Origin: a virus
Lineage: Duplodnaviria; Caudoviricetes
DNA length: 60,849 nt
Virus record (IMG/VR): IMGVR_UViG_3300042452_000489
Span: 1-60,849 of that record
Strand: one strand, 5' to 3'
Positions 7,623 to 17,118 of the stretch are shown in pieces; position 1 is the stretch's first letter; each line of letters starts with the position of its first letter. Below the pieces are notes generated by a model. The model saw nothing but the letters and a program-made list of their open reading frames with translations, ran no database searches and was not told the origin of the DNA. Both the position numbers and the translations under genes were made by a program.

Positions 7623-8616
7623 TCTCCTTCCGGAACAGGGTCTGCACCCACCCCTTGGTTGAGCCGGCCGCCCAGTGCAGATAGCCAGAGGGCAGGGCCC
7701 CGAGCTTCATGCCGCCGTACTTGCCGCGGAGTGGGTTCTTGTAGGTGCCGACCGAACGCACGGCGCGTTCGCTCAGGTCGATCTCTTGTCCGCTCACCCG
7801 GCCCTCGGCACGGCCGGCGGTGTTCCTTCGCATGGCTTCGATCTGCTGGGCAGCGGCCACCTTCGCGGCCTCCTTCGCCGCCAGTTCTGCCATCTCCTCC
7901 GGTGTCAGCGGAGCCTCGGCAGCGGCCTTTCGGACAGCCTCCTTCACGGCCTTGTCGCCGTCGCAGAACATGTCCACGCTGGTGAAGATGGACTGGTCCA
8001 ATGATCCGCTGGTGCAATCCACCAGCTTGAAGCGGCTCTTGGTGCTGGCGGCAATCGCTGCAATGCGTGACTCCACGGTGCTGCCGTCGAAGTCCACCAC
8101 GCCGGCCAAGGGTCTGGTCGCCCGGCCGACGCACTGCAGCCAGAACGACCGTGATCGGGTTGGCCTGCCGAGGATCAGGGTTTCAGTGGGTGGGTAGTCG
8201 AAGCCCACGGCCACCACCACGCAGTTGCAAAGCACCTTGGCCTCGCCCGCCTTGAACTTCCGCAGGGCCTCGGCCCGCTCGTCGTCGTCTTGGTCGCCCC
8301 ATACTTCAACAGCCGGGATGCCGTAGTTGTGGTTCAGGTAGTGGCACGCGCCATGCATGGAGAACACCGAGCCGCAGAACAGGACAGTCGGCCCCTGCAT
8401 TTCCTCCGCGGTAATCATGCACAGCCTCTGCAGGTTCGGTTCCTTGTTCAGCTCGGCCTGGAGGGCTTGCTGGGCGAAGTCGCCGCCGACAACCTTCACT
8501 GCGCTTAGGTCCAGGCTGTCTACTCGGGCGAGCCGGCACACAGGCGGAACGGCCCATCCGTGGGCGATGGCCCAGTGCAGGTCGTAGCCTCCGATGAGTT
8601 GTTCGTAGAACTGCAT
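7576..8616 (-). CDS. SF2 helicase C-terminal half (RecA2 domain plus tail)
   Basis: VLFC, VLCNCVVVAVGFDYP, LGRPTRS...QCVGRATR (motifs IV-VI); own GGAG RBS and ATG at 8616. Confidence 0.85.
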   Translation of the reverse strand: MQFYEQLIGGYDLHWAIAHGWAVPPVCRLARVDSLDLSAVKVVGGDFAQQALQAELNKEPNLQRLCMITAEEMQGPTVLFCGSVFSMHGACHYLNHNYGIPAVEVWGDQDDDERAEALRKFKAGEAKVLCNCVVVAVGFDYPPTETLILGRPTRSRSFWLQCVGRATRPLAGVVDFDGSTVESRIAAIAASTKSRFKLVDCTSGSLDQSIFTSVDMFCDGDKAVKEAVRKAAAEAPLTPEEMAELAAKEAAKVAAAQQIEAMRRNTAGRAEGRVSGQEIDLSERAVRSVGTYKNPLRGKYGGMKLGALPSGYLHWAAGSTKGWVQTLFRKEIARRDHKQQAARLSG

Positions 8617-9119
8617 TGCTCTCTCCGTAGCATGGGCTTGCCGTCCATCCTGAACGGCGTGGCTGTGAATCCGGCGACCATGGCGCCGCTTTCCTGAAAC
8701 CACCGCAGCATCTCCACCACTGCGGGGCTGCACATCAGGTGTGCCTCGTCAACAATCACCAACTGCATGTCCTTGAATCGCTTGTATCGATGCTCACCGC
8801 CACGCTTGGAAAGCAGCGTGGGCTTGCTCGCGACGACGATCTTGGACGGCCACATGTCGTCCTCGTCGCTGACATAGCTCGCCATCTCAACGCCCGGGTC
8901 CAGGTCGCATATCTCCCGCACCTTGGAGACTGTCTGCCAGACCAGCTCGCGGAGGTGGCACAAGATCAATGTCCGTCCCTTGATCCGGTCGGCCATGGTG
9001 ACGAAGCACACGGTCTTCCCAGCCCCGGTGAAGAGGTGGTTGAGCGTGGCCTTCACTCCAGACTGCATCGCAGTCAGGTTGTCGGTGACCAACTGTTCTT
9101 GGTAGTCGCGTAGTTTCAT
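8520..9119 (-). CDS. SF2 DEAH helicase N-terminal half (RecA1 domain)
   Basis: LRDYQ (Q motif), TGAGKT (Walker A), IVDEAH, GFTATPFR. Confidence 0.9.
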   Translation of the reverse strand: MKLRDYQEQLVTDNLTAMQSGVKATLNHLFTGAGKTVCFVTMADRIKGRTLILCHLRELVWQTVSKVREICDLDPGVEMASYVSDEDDMWPSKIVVASKPTLLSKRGGEHRYKRFKDMQLVIVDEAHLMCSPAVVEMLRWFQESGAMVAGFTATPFRMDGKPMLRREQCSSTNNSSEATTCTGPSPTDGPFRLCAGSPE

Positions 9120-9127
9120 GGTGTGTT

Positions 9128-9170
9128 AAAGACCCCGGGGCCGGGCGGAGAGTTCCCGACCCCGGGGCGG
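9128..9170 (-). terminator. GC hairpin terminator or attenuator after ssb
   Basis: GCCCCGGGGTCGGG...CCCGGCCCCGGGGT followed by CTTT. Confidence 0.5.
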
Positions 9171-9181
9171 CGCGCACTTGC

Positions 9182-9523
9182 TCAACGGAAGTCGGTGGCG
9201 AACTCCTCCTCCTCCACCGACTCCTTCTTCTTCTGTCCGAGAAGCTGCAGTCGGAGAACGCGGACGACCTTGCGGCTCTTCCGCTCGCCGTCCTTCTCCC
9301 ACTGCTGCGTTTGGATCTCGCCTTCCACCAGCACCTGGACGCCGCGGATCAGGAACTCCGTCACGCGGCCGGGCTTCCAAAACTCGCAGTCGAAGAACTC
9401 CACGGAGTCCTTGTAGCCATTGACGGCGACAGAGAACTTCGCCAGTTCCGACTCTCCCACCATGCGGGACTCAACATCCTTGGTGAGATTGCCGACACAG
9501 ATGAACCGCTGGTAACCACTCAT
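9182..9523 (-). CDS. ssb: Single-stranded DNA-binding protein
   Basis: VGNLTKD, FSVAVN, VLVEGEIQTQQWEKDG, acidic C-terminus. Confidence 0.93.
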   Translation of the reverse strand: MSGYQRFICVGNLTKDVESRMVGESELAKFSVAVNGYKDSVEFFDCEFWKPGRVTEFLIRGVQVLVEGEIQTQQWEKDGERKSRKVVRVLRLQLLGQKKKESVEEEEFATDFR

Positions 9524-10173
9524 GCTTGGACCTCCTCCTTGTCCCAGACCTTCCTGAACTCGGCCTCCACCCGATGGAACACCTCCACCGGGATGGCCTT
9601 CTCTCTCGCTCGCAGACGAACCGTATCCAGTGCCTTCTGGGCATGCTCCCGACTGTCGGCCTTGGCGACCGCGCTGATCGCGTCCTGCTGGTAAGCAAGA
9701 TGCTTCGCAGTAGCCGTGCCGACCCGGGCTTCCGGCCTGGGGGCAGGCTGCTCGCTCACGCTGTGTCCGTCGTCGTCAGCCTCTCCACTGAACCCGCCGA
9801 CCAATGCCATGAGTAGGGTCCGCTTGGCATAGGTCATCGCAGCCCCGAACGCCTGCATGTCGCCCTTGGGCATCAGCAGCGGGGCCACTCCAGAGATCCA
9901 CTGGCCACCCTTGTGACGCAGCGTTCCGACGACGATCCACTGACCGCCCACCAGCCCCGGCCTGAAGTCAGGAAGGGCCAGCCCATGCTTCGTCAGCGGC
10001 CCGCGGAGCGAATCGCAGCACTGGGCGTAGCTGGCGAACTTGCTCTTGAAGTGCGGGTTGTTGCTGTCGTAAGCCACAATCGGATACTCGGCCTGCGCCT
10101 TCGCCAGGGCCTCGGTGATGGCATTCGTCTCGGGGCTGCTGCTAGGCCCAAGAATCGCGTTGTTGTCGTTCAT
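9520..10173 (-). CDS. ERF-family single-strand annealing protein
   Basis: ALAKAQ...NPHFKSKFA...GAAMTYAKR...DDDG. Confidence 0.9.
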   Translation of the reverse strand: MNDNNAILGPSSSPETNAITEALAKAQAEYPIVAYDSNNPHFKSKFASYAQCCDSLRGPLTKHGLALPDFRPGLVGGQWIVVGTLRHKGGQWISGVAPLLMPKGDMQAFGAAMTYAKRTLLMALVGGFSGEADDDGHSVSEQPAPRPEARVGTATAKHLAYQQDAISAVAKADSREHAQKALDTVRLRAREKAIPVEVFHRVEAEFRKVWDKEEVQA

Positions 10174-11021
10174 ACGTTCACGTACTCCTCTCCACGGGTT
10201 GCCCACGCCGGCACGGCCAGCTCAACGATCTCGTTGCTGTCGGCGGGCATGTAATGTCCGGTGGACCTCCGAAGCCGGACCTCCTCCATGACGTTGAGCA
10301 TCCGCTGGCCAGCCTGCTCAACCATTTCCTCTGGCAGGTAAAACACCCTGCACCCGTACGGCGGCGCCGTCTGGACAAAGACGAACGGCATCCGGTGTTG
10401 CGGATAGCCGACCGCCTTGGCCGACTCCACGTACAGCCACTCCTGCTCGGCGTACCCGTAGTCGATGACGCTGCGGTAGATGCGATCCCAAGAATGGGAG
10501 GTGGTCTTGAGATCCCACCACCTTCCCGTGCAGCAGGCATCGGGCCGGGTCTTGAGCTTGTGACCACCGATCTCAAAGAAGACGCTGACCTGCGTCTCCA
10601 CGGTCTTCTGCATCAGGTCGTAGGCCGCGTCGTTTTCGTACATGCCGTTGAGCATGAACCGAAACTGCGAAGCCTGATCTTCCGTGCAGATGATCCCCGT
10701 CTGGGCGCTTGCCCACTCCTTGTACGCCTTGGTGCTACGGGATCCGTTGGCACCCAAGATGTCCGCTGGCGGGATGTTGATCAGGTCATCCAGCTTCTGT
10801 CCGGACAAAACCCCAGTGACGATGGCGTCGAACGACGAGCCAACGCTGGTGGCATTGTTTCCGGACCAGTAAACATTCCCCATGTCGATCCACAGCTGCA
10901 CCTCGCCGCCGTGCTTGGCGACAGTGTGCAGGAACGACCGGGAATCAAACCCCTTCTCGCCGTGGTAGGCCGAGTTGCTCATGCCAACCACCTTGGTCGG
11001 CAATTCATTGATGCTGCTCAT
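10170..11021 (-). CDS. PD-(D/E)XK exonuclease (RecE/DUF3799-like)
   Basis: MSNSAYH, KTRPD, DLKTT, YGYAEQ-x-x-x-Y, FVFVQTAPPY; adjacent to ERF; GGAGG RBS. Confidence 0.85.
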   Translation of the reverse strand: MSSINELPTKVVGMSNSAYHGEKGFDSRSFLHTVAKHGGEVQLWIDMGNVYWSGNNATSVGSSFDAIVTGVLSGQKLDDLINIPPADILGANGSRSTKAYKEWASAQTGIICTEDQASQFRFMLNGMYENDAAYDLMQKTVETQVSVFFEIGGHKLKTRPDACCTGRWWDLKTTSHSWDRIYRSVIDYGYAEQEWLYVESAKAVGYPQHRMPFVFVQTAPPYGCRVFYLPEEMVEQAGQRMLNVMEEVRLRRSTGHYMPADSNEIVELAVPAWATRGEEYVNV

Positions 11022-11247
11022 CCACTCACCTCCTTGGAAAAAGCCCCATCCGTGGGGCGAAGACAATCCGTTAGGGCCTCCTGCCCGACCGGAACTCCTT
11101 GATCGCTTCCGCCAACTGTCCAAGCGCCAAAAGCCCAAGCGCGGACTCAATTCGGTGCAAGAAAATGCAGACGCACAGCAGCGTCAGCCACAGCCCGCGA
11201 ATAATGGGCTGGCGATAGAAAGAGGCCAGACAAAGAACCCAGCTATA

Positions 11248-11265
11248 CAACTGAGCTAGTTGCCC
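11248..11265 (-). other. tRNA 5'-end-like fragment, candidate attP core
   Basis: GGGCAAC-TA-GCTC-AGTTG fits tRNA positions 1-18; no anticodon or T arm follows; 85 nt from the integrase start. Confidence 0.45.
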
Positions 11266-11274
11266 GTTGGTCCG

Positions 11275-11302
11275 GTTATAGCGGTTTTTCAGGGGGGTGC
11301 AA
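11275..11302 (-). promoter_or_regulatory. Sigma70-type promoter for the recombination arm
   Basis: TTGCAC-N16-TATAAC, flanked by the inverted repeat TGCCCGTTG (11261-11269) / CAACGGGCA (11300-11308). Confidence 0.55.
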
Positions 11303-11349
11303 CGGGCATCCTCCTGGCTGTACTCTCCCACCCGCCGGGAGTACTCACC

Positions 11350-12249
11350 ATGAGCATCACCGAGTTCGCACGTTCCTACTGGCGTAGGGTTGGCGGGAGC
11401 CCCGGCTACCTGGAGCAGCTCTTGGTTCTGACCAAGCGTCTGCCATGGCAGGCGTCCGACTTGACGCCCGACAACATCGACAACTACTTGGACAGCGCCT
11501 TGGAGCATCTCTCGCCCTCCACCGTGGCCAACCACAGACGCATGCTGCGGACGCTCATGCGGTTCGCCGCAGAGCAGGGTCACGTGGACAAAGATATAGT
11601 GAGGCCGCTCAGGAGAGTCAAGACCCCGGCCCCATGCCCAATCGCCTTGGACCATAGGCAGATAGCCCACTGGGTCAGCACAGCCAAGGCCATGCCCGGC
11701 GGCACGCTCACGTGTCCGTACAGGCTGCTGCTGCCGGCGTGGATTCTCACTGCCTACAGCACAGGCTTGCGAACAGGCGACTTGCTCGCGATCAGATACG
11801 ACCAAATCCGTGGTCACCGACTTCTCCTTAGTCAGCTCAAGACGTCAGAGCCGCATGTCGCGTGGCTTGACGACTCCGCCATTCTGGCGATTGAGTCCCT
11901 CCCTCGTCGCGGCCCGAAAGTCTTCGGATCGCTGACGAACAAGGACCGGATTTTACACGCGATGCGGCGGCTCGTCAAGCAAGCCGGTCAAGGCGGGACG
12001 ACGAGATGGCTCAGAAGAGCAGGGGCAACCTACTGTGAAGCCGCCGGGAAAGATGCCACTAGACACTTAGGACACAGGGATCCCGGCATGAAGAAGCGGT
12101 ACATCGACAGGCTGCTGCTGGCGGAGCTGACGGAGCATGGTCCGACCGCACCGCCAATCCCCGAGACGATGCTCAGAGGCCAGCCAGTTCCTCCAGCCGG
12201 TTCTGCTTCTTCCGCTCGCGAGCCCGCTGTGCCGCTTCGGACTGGATGA
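11350..12249 (+). CDS. Tyrosine recombinase / integrase
   Basis: SPSTVAN core-binding helix, TGLRTGD (Arg), QLKT (Lys), WLRR in place of HxLR, HLGH, RYI (Tyr); GGAG RBS. Confidence 0.88.
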   Translation: MSITEFARSYWRRVGGSPGYLEQLLVLTKRLPWQASDLTPDNIDNYLDSALEHLSPSTVANHRRMLRTLMRFAAEQGHVDKDIVRPLRRVKTPAPCPIALDHRQIAHWVSTAKAMPGGTLTCPYRLLLPAWILTAYSTGLRTGDLLAIRYDQIRGHRLLLSQLKTSEPHVAWLDDSAILAIESLPRRGPKVFGSLTNKDRILHAMRRLVKQAGQGGTTRWLRRAGATYCEAAGKDATRHLGHRDPGMKKRYIDRLLLAELTEHGPTAPPIPETMLRGQPVPPAGSASSAREPAVPLRTG

Positions 12250-15200
12250 TCTTGTAGAGAAGGTATAGCCGCTTCTGCTCGTCGGGCATGTTGGCCAAGA
12301 CATCGTCTGGCACGGCGAGGTTTTCGTAGGTCCGCACCCCGGGCGTCGTCTCAAGGATGCTGTTGAGCATGTCCCTAGCCGCGAGCCGCTTGGCCCGATC
12401 CTGATCAACGTCCGTGAGCTTTGCGCCAGCCAAGAGATTAAAGGCCGCCTTCTGCATGGCCTCGCCCGTGGTGAGCCGGTCGTCCGTAGCCTGCCGATAC
12501 AGGCCAAGCCCACGTGAGCCGAACGGGACGAAGTTGACGATGGCCTGCTCTAGCGGCCGTCCCATGGGCCCGAGGTCTTGTTCTAGGACAGAGTACAGGT
12601 CGCTCAGTTCACGCCCGCTGTAGAGCTGGCGGTTGGTGATGTACTCAATGGGAGCCTTGATCAGCGGGTTGGTCATCCCGAGGATGTTGCTGCCCGTCTT
12701 CCGAATGGAATCTGCCAGCCGGGCCGAGGAAGACGCACCAACCCCAGGCGAGAAGAGCTGGAACGTACTCTCCCACGGCAGGTCCACGTTGGTCAGGTAT
12801 CGCTTGAGTTCCTCGTTGCCAGACCCTCCGAGGAGCCCAGGCAGATCGGCCGGCAGCGGGATGGCTGCGGACTGCCGCAAGTACTCGGGGACGAACGAGT
12901 CTGCGGACGGCTCGGTGCCCCTCGTCACGGCACGGATCAGCTGGCTCTGCAGACCGCCCGGCCGCTCCACAAGGTTGGTGGCAATGCTAGGCAGGATGCC
13001 CTTCTGGAAACTGTAGAACGGCAGAACCCTTTTCAGGCCACGCTCAAACCCGGTGAAAGACGACGGGCGGTAATCCACGTTCGCCAAGAACGAGATGTCG
13101 GCTGCTCGGCGAGGATCGACGCCCTTGCGAAGCTGGTTGAGGAACACGCCTCCGCGGAGCGAATCTTCCACCCGTTGGCCAACGGCGTCGTTCAGCACCA
13201 AGAGTGGGTTGGTGTTCTCACGCATGGGGTTCTGCGTGAATCCAACGCCCCGCATGCTGGTCATGTCGTTGGCAAACTGCCGCCATGACCTCCCAGGCTG
13301 GTAGGCCGCCCGCCCAACACGCTGTGCGATGGTGTCCTTGTCCGCACCCAAGAACATGCCAGACATGGTGGACTCGGGAGCGCCGGTGATGTCGTCCAAG
13401 ACATTGCCGCCGGTCACCTGAGTAGCGCCGGTGAAGTCCAGATACTTTGCGATGCGCTCTTCGTCGGTGAGGTTCTCAAATCCCGGGGCGTTTCGCAAAC
13501 GCTTGGCGATGGCCCGGTAGTCACCCCGGCTCGCCCTGCCCGCAGCGAGCATGTCGCGGAAGTTGAACGCCCCGTGCGTGGCGGCATTGATCGCACCGCT
13601 GTAGGCGTTCCGCGTGTGGAAGCTCGGGCTTGCCAAGGCCCCAACCTTAAAGGCCGAGGTGAACTGATCGACGGCACCCATCAACCCACGCTCAGGCATG
13701 GCCAGCCGGGTCTTAGGCGACAGCGTCTTCAGAGCCTCCACTGCCTTCTCGTCCACCGAGAAGTTGGTGACGTCCGCTGACATGGAGGACTGCCATCGAC
13801 GGCGGAATGCATTGGGATCAAACCCAAGCGTCTTGGCGGCCTCGGCCAGCGGGATGCTCGTTCCGCCCGTCACAAAGTCGGCCGGGGTGTTCGCGGCTTC
13901 TTGCGTCAGTTGGCGGAACAGTTCGTCGGCATTGGCCTTGTTCGTCGCTTGGCCAGCCCGATAGCGAACCATGTTCGACCACGGGTCCGAGTCGAAGATG
14001 CCGCGGTTGTTTGCGGCGAACTGCGTATCGGCCGAGCGAAGAAGGTCGGCAAGCTGCTTGTAGTAGCCGCCGATCTGCTGGTTAACGTCGGCCAGCATCT
14101 TGGCTTGCCCGGCCGTATCAGCAGCCTGGAACGCAGCCGAGTTGGTGACGTCATCGATCCATGGCTGGTACGGAGACTGAATGCCAATGCGGTTGAAGGC
14201 GGTGTCCAAAATGCCCCTGACCTGATCGTCGCTTACCCCGAGCAAGTCTTTCTGGAGTTGGACCGAATCCAGCCTGGGGTCGATGTTGCCCGTCAACTGG
14301 CGGAAGGTCCGCATCCCGCCCGGGATGTCGGTGTACGCCTGCCGCGGACGACCGAAGTTATCCCGCACACCGAACAGCCGCTCGTCGCGGCCCCATGCCT
14401 TGGGAGAGTTCTTCTTGATCCCTTCCGGCGGAGCGTTCTTGCGGAAGAAATGCAGCTGCCTCGGGAACCATCCCGTCCCCTGCTGGCTGGACCATCGCGT
14501 GGTGGGAAGCCCGGCAGAATCTGCAACGGCGTTGAAGTAATTGCCCATCCCCGCAAACTCGTCCCGCACGTTGCGGAACTCGGGGATGTTCTCCATCACC
14601 CAGTCGGCCATGGCATCGCCGCTGCCTCGCGACGATGAGTAAAACAACCCTGACGGCAGCGAAGGGCCCTGCTGTGCAGCCGGGCGAACTCCACCACCCT
14701 CGGCCCAGTCGGCCATGGCCTGACGAAGGCGCTGACTGCCGAACGAGCGAAGTTCCTCTGGGATGGCTTGCCCGGCAAGGGATCCCGCGGACGTCGGGAA
14801 GAACTCCGGAGCCGACGCCTCCAGTGCCTCGCGCTGCAGTTTCGACAGCCGAAGACGGTCGGCAAACAACTCGTCGTCCGCGTTGCGAAAGGCCCGCCGT
14901 GCGGCGCTCTGAATCTTGTTGGTCGTCTCCAAGTCACGCGACCAGTACTCGCCCGCCCGGTTGTCGAAGGCCGAGGACAGCCACGTAGCGGCGTGGCCGA
15001 TGATCGGCGTGGTGCGGGTGGCATTGCCGAGGGCGTCACCAATTTTCGCAACCGCATCTCCGCCGCCGAACGGGAGGTCGTAGTTAAATCCGATGTTCGT
15101 CCCGGGGATACGGAAGTCCCCGAACGTCGCCATCGTCTCGTCTAGGGCCTCATCACCTACGCCGAATCGCTTGAACTGCGACTTCAGAGTCTTCTCGGCC

Positions 15201-15799
15201 TCGGCCCGGGCGGCCAAGTCGTTGATCTTGCCGAGCTGCTCGCGAGGCGTGGTGCGCCGCATGTACTCGCGGACACCGCTGATGCCCTTGGTGTCGGCGG
15301 CATCCAGGGCGACGTTGCGCAGAAGGCCCGATGCTTGGGCCGCCTTGCCCGCAGCCGTCTTAGCCCCTTGACCGAACAGGGCGCTGACGCCGAGCGTGCC
15401 GTAGGTCAGCGGGTCAAGAAGCACCTCCGCCGCCAAGCCGCCCGTGAAGTTGCTCCAATTGTCGTCCTCGCCGACGAGGTTGTACTGACGAAGCAGCTCT
15501 CGTCCGGTCACCCGGTCGTCGGACGAGCCCAAGAAACTCAGCGGCTTGCCAGCGAGGATGCCGCGAACCAAGGCGCCCGGGGTATCTAGGATGTACCCGG
15601 CAGTCGCCAGACCAGATGATCCGGCCTTGGCAAGCGCCTCAAGCATCCCGCCCTGCTCCTCCTCTGGCATGAGGTCGGAGATGCGAGGTCGCCGTTTGCG
15701 AATCGCGAACGGCTCTTCGTCCTCCAGCAACCCGAGGTCGGCAAGCTGCCTGACACGCTCGTCCGGATCGAAGATGTCGAACAGCGGGGACTGCGACAT
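12173..15799 (-). CDS. Large internal virion (DNA ejection) protein, about 1208 aa
   Basis: Last and largest gene of the structural arm; SPSFHTRN and PFYSFQK segments are typical of podovirus internal proteins. Confidence 0.7.
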   Translation of the reverse strand: MSQSPLFDIFDPDERVRQLADLGLLEDEEPFAIRKRRPRISDLMPEEEQGGMLEALAKAGSSGLATAGYILDTPGALVRGILAGKPLSFLGSSDDRVTGRELLRQYNLVGEDDNWSNFTGGLAAEVLLDPLTYGTLGVSALFGQGAKTAAGKAAQASGLLRNVALDAADTKGISGVREYMRRTTPREQLGKINDLAARAEAEKTLKSQFKRFGVGDEALDETMATFGDFRIPGTNIGFNYDLPFGGGDAVAKIGDALGNATRTTPIIGHAATWLSSAFDNRAGEYWSRDLETTNKIQSAARRAFRNADDELFADRLRLSKLQREALEASAPEFFPTSAGSLAGQAIPEELRSFGSQRLRQAMADWAEGGGVRPAAQQGPSLPSGLFYSSSRGSGDAMADWVMENIPEFRNVRDEFAGMGNYFNAVADSAGLPTTRWSSQQGTGWFPRQLHFFRKNAPPEGIKKNSPKAWGRDERLFGVRDNFGRPRQAYTDIPGGMRTFRQLTGNIDPRLDSVQLQKDLLGVSDDQVRGILDTAFNRIGIQSPYQPWIDDVTNSAAFQAADTAGQAKMLADVNQQIGGYYKQLADLLRSADTQFAANNRGIFDSDPWSNMVRYRAGQATNKANADELFRQLTQEAANTPADFVTGGTSIPLAEAAKTLGFDPNAFRRRWQSSMSADVTNFSVDEKAVEALKTLSPKTRLAMPERGLMGAVDQFTSAFKVGALASPSFHTRNAYSGAINAATHGAFNFRDMLAAGRASRGDYRAIAKRLRNAPGFENLTDEERIAKYLDFTGATQVTGGNVLDDITGAPESTMSGMFLGADKDTIAQRVGRAAYQPGRSWRQFANDMTSMRGVGFTQNPMRENTNPLLVLNDAVGQRVEDSLRGGVFLNQLRKGVDPRRAADISFLANVDYRPSSFTGFERGLKRVLPFYSFQKGILPSIATNLVERPGGLQSQLIRAVTRGTEPSADSFVPEYLRQSAAIPLPADLPGLLGGSGNEELKRYLTNVDLPWESTFQLFSPGVGASSSARLADSIRKTGSNILGMTNPLIKAPIEYITNRQLYSGRELSDLYSVLEQDLGPMGRPLEQAIVNFVPFGSRGLGLYRQATDDRLTTGEAMQKAAFNLLAGAKLTDVDQDRAKRLAARDMLNSILETTPGVRTYENLAVPDDVLANMPDEQKRLYLLYKIIQSEAAQRARERKKQNRLEELAGL

Positions 15800-17109
15800 C
15801 ACTCCCTCATCGGGTTGCTGCCGGACCAAGCGCTGGCAGCTCTGCGGCGGGCGATTTCGTCAACGATCCGCTGCGCCTTCCCGGCATCATAGCCGCGGAC
15901 GTTCACAAGGTAGTCCATGGTGCGCTGCTGCTCGTCAAGCGTAAAGGCAGTGGTGTTGCCCCACCACCCACTAGAGGAGTAGTTGGTTTTCACGTAGCTA
16001 TCGACTGCTGCCATCTCGGACGGGTGAATCTCTGGAGCATCGCGGTACTTGAGGGCACGCTCCTCTGTCGGCAGCTCAAGTTCGGCGGCAGCGATCTGCG
16101 CGTCAGCGAGCTTCTGCTTGGCCGGGTCGGGAACATTCCGCAGCATGGCCTGCACGGCACTGGATGCCATCACGCCAGCAGCCTCGGCATTGCGAGCATC
16201 CACGGCCGCCGCCATCGGGCCGGCAGGAGACATGTACATCAGGGCCCGGTCGCGGTCTTCGCCTTCCAGTTCATTGAGCATGTTGTAGGCGCCGCGGTTG
16301 CCAGAGTTGATGTTATGGCTTCCGCCGGCAAGCATGGCCGTGGCTCGCCACCGATCCGCGGCCTCGGTCTGTCGGCTATGCGAGCGATCCATAGACATCA
16401 GATTGAGTTGGGCCAGCGCTTGATCGGGGTTCTGCGCGAACATCCCGGCGACCTGAGTGGGCGCCAAACCAGTCATCTTGGCCCAGTGGTTGATCCGAGC
16501 CCTGTGCCGAGGCGAGATCAAGGGGGCGTTAGGGTTCTGGCCCGGCTCCGACCTTGCGCTCAAGGCGCCAGCCGCGCCGCCAACGTCAGGCTCCACGGCA
16601 ATGGGCGTGGCGGCAGCGTCAAGGTTGGGATCGTCGCCGTCAAAGTAGTCAATGATGGCGGGCGCAAAAGCGCCGAGCCCGAGAAGCCCCAGTCCGGTTG
16701 CCGCAACGCCCCACGGGAATCGCGGGTCGTCGGCCGCCTCGGGGCCGGGAAGACCGCGGCGGGCCGGGGCGCCGGGCAGATCACCGGGGTCGCGTGGCCT
16801 GTTAGGGATTTCGATAACAGGAGGCTCGCGACCGGGCGGAACAGCCAAGCCTCTGTCCGGTCTTGGGATTATGCCGCCGTCGCCGGGGGCCCCGGGAGGA
16901 GCGTTGCCCGGTGGGGGCGGAGGGCTTCCGCCAGAGGGAGGTGAGCCAGACAGGCCCGCCTGATCAAGAATCTGCCGCTGAACATGTGGCGGAAGGTTGC
17001 GGAAGGCCGGCGAGTTAATGTAGGCCCTCGCTGCAGCCGGGCTCATGCCGCTGATATTCGGGATGCGGCTCGGGGTAAGCCCGCCGGCGGCGCGTGCTGG
17101 ATTAGCCAT
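15799..17109 (-). CDS. Putative internal virion protein (starts MANPAR)
   Basis: GAGGAG RBS; Pro-rich N-terminal half and one hydrophobic helix; ejection-gene position. Confidence 0.6.
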   Translation of the reverse strand: MANPARAAGGLTPSRIPNISGMSPAAARAYINSPAFRNLPPHVQRQILDQAGLSGSPPSGGSPPPPPGNAPPGAPGDGGIIPRPDRGLAVPPGREPPVIEIPNRPRDPGDLPGAPARRGLPGPEAADDPRFPWGVAATGLGLLGLGAFAPAIIDYFDGDDPNLDAAATPIAVEPDVGGAAGALSARSEPGQNPNAPLISPRHRARINHWAKMTGLAPTQVAGMFAQNPDQALAQLNLMSMDRSHSRQTEAADRWRATAMLAGGSHNINSGNRGAYNMLNELEGEDRDRALMYMSPAGPMAAAVDARNAEAAGVMASSAVQAMLRNVPDPAKQKLADAQIAAAELELPTEERALKYRDAPEIHPSEMAAVDSYVKTNYSSSGWWGNTTAFTLDEQQRTMDYLVNVRGYDAGKAQRIVDEIARRRAASAWSGSNPMRE

Positions 17110-17118
17110 ATGCTCCTC

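Noticed and set aside
11190-11265. Complete tRNA upstream of the integrase
   Set aside because: Similarity stops after the D arm and no TTCGA loop follows.
11261-11308. Invertible promoter between 9-bp inverted repeats
   Set aside because: Only 30 bp lie between the repeats, probably too short for recombinase synapsis. Operator sites or a hairpin are more likely.
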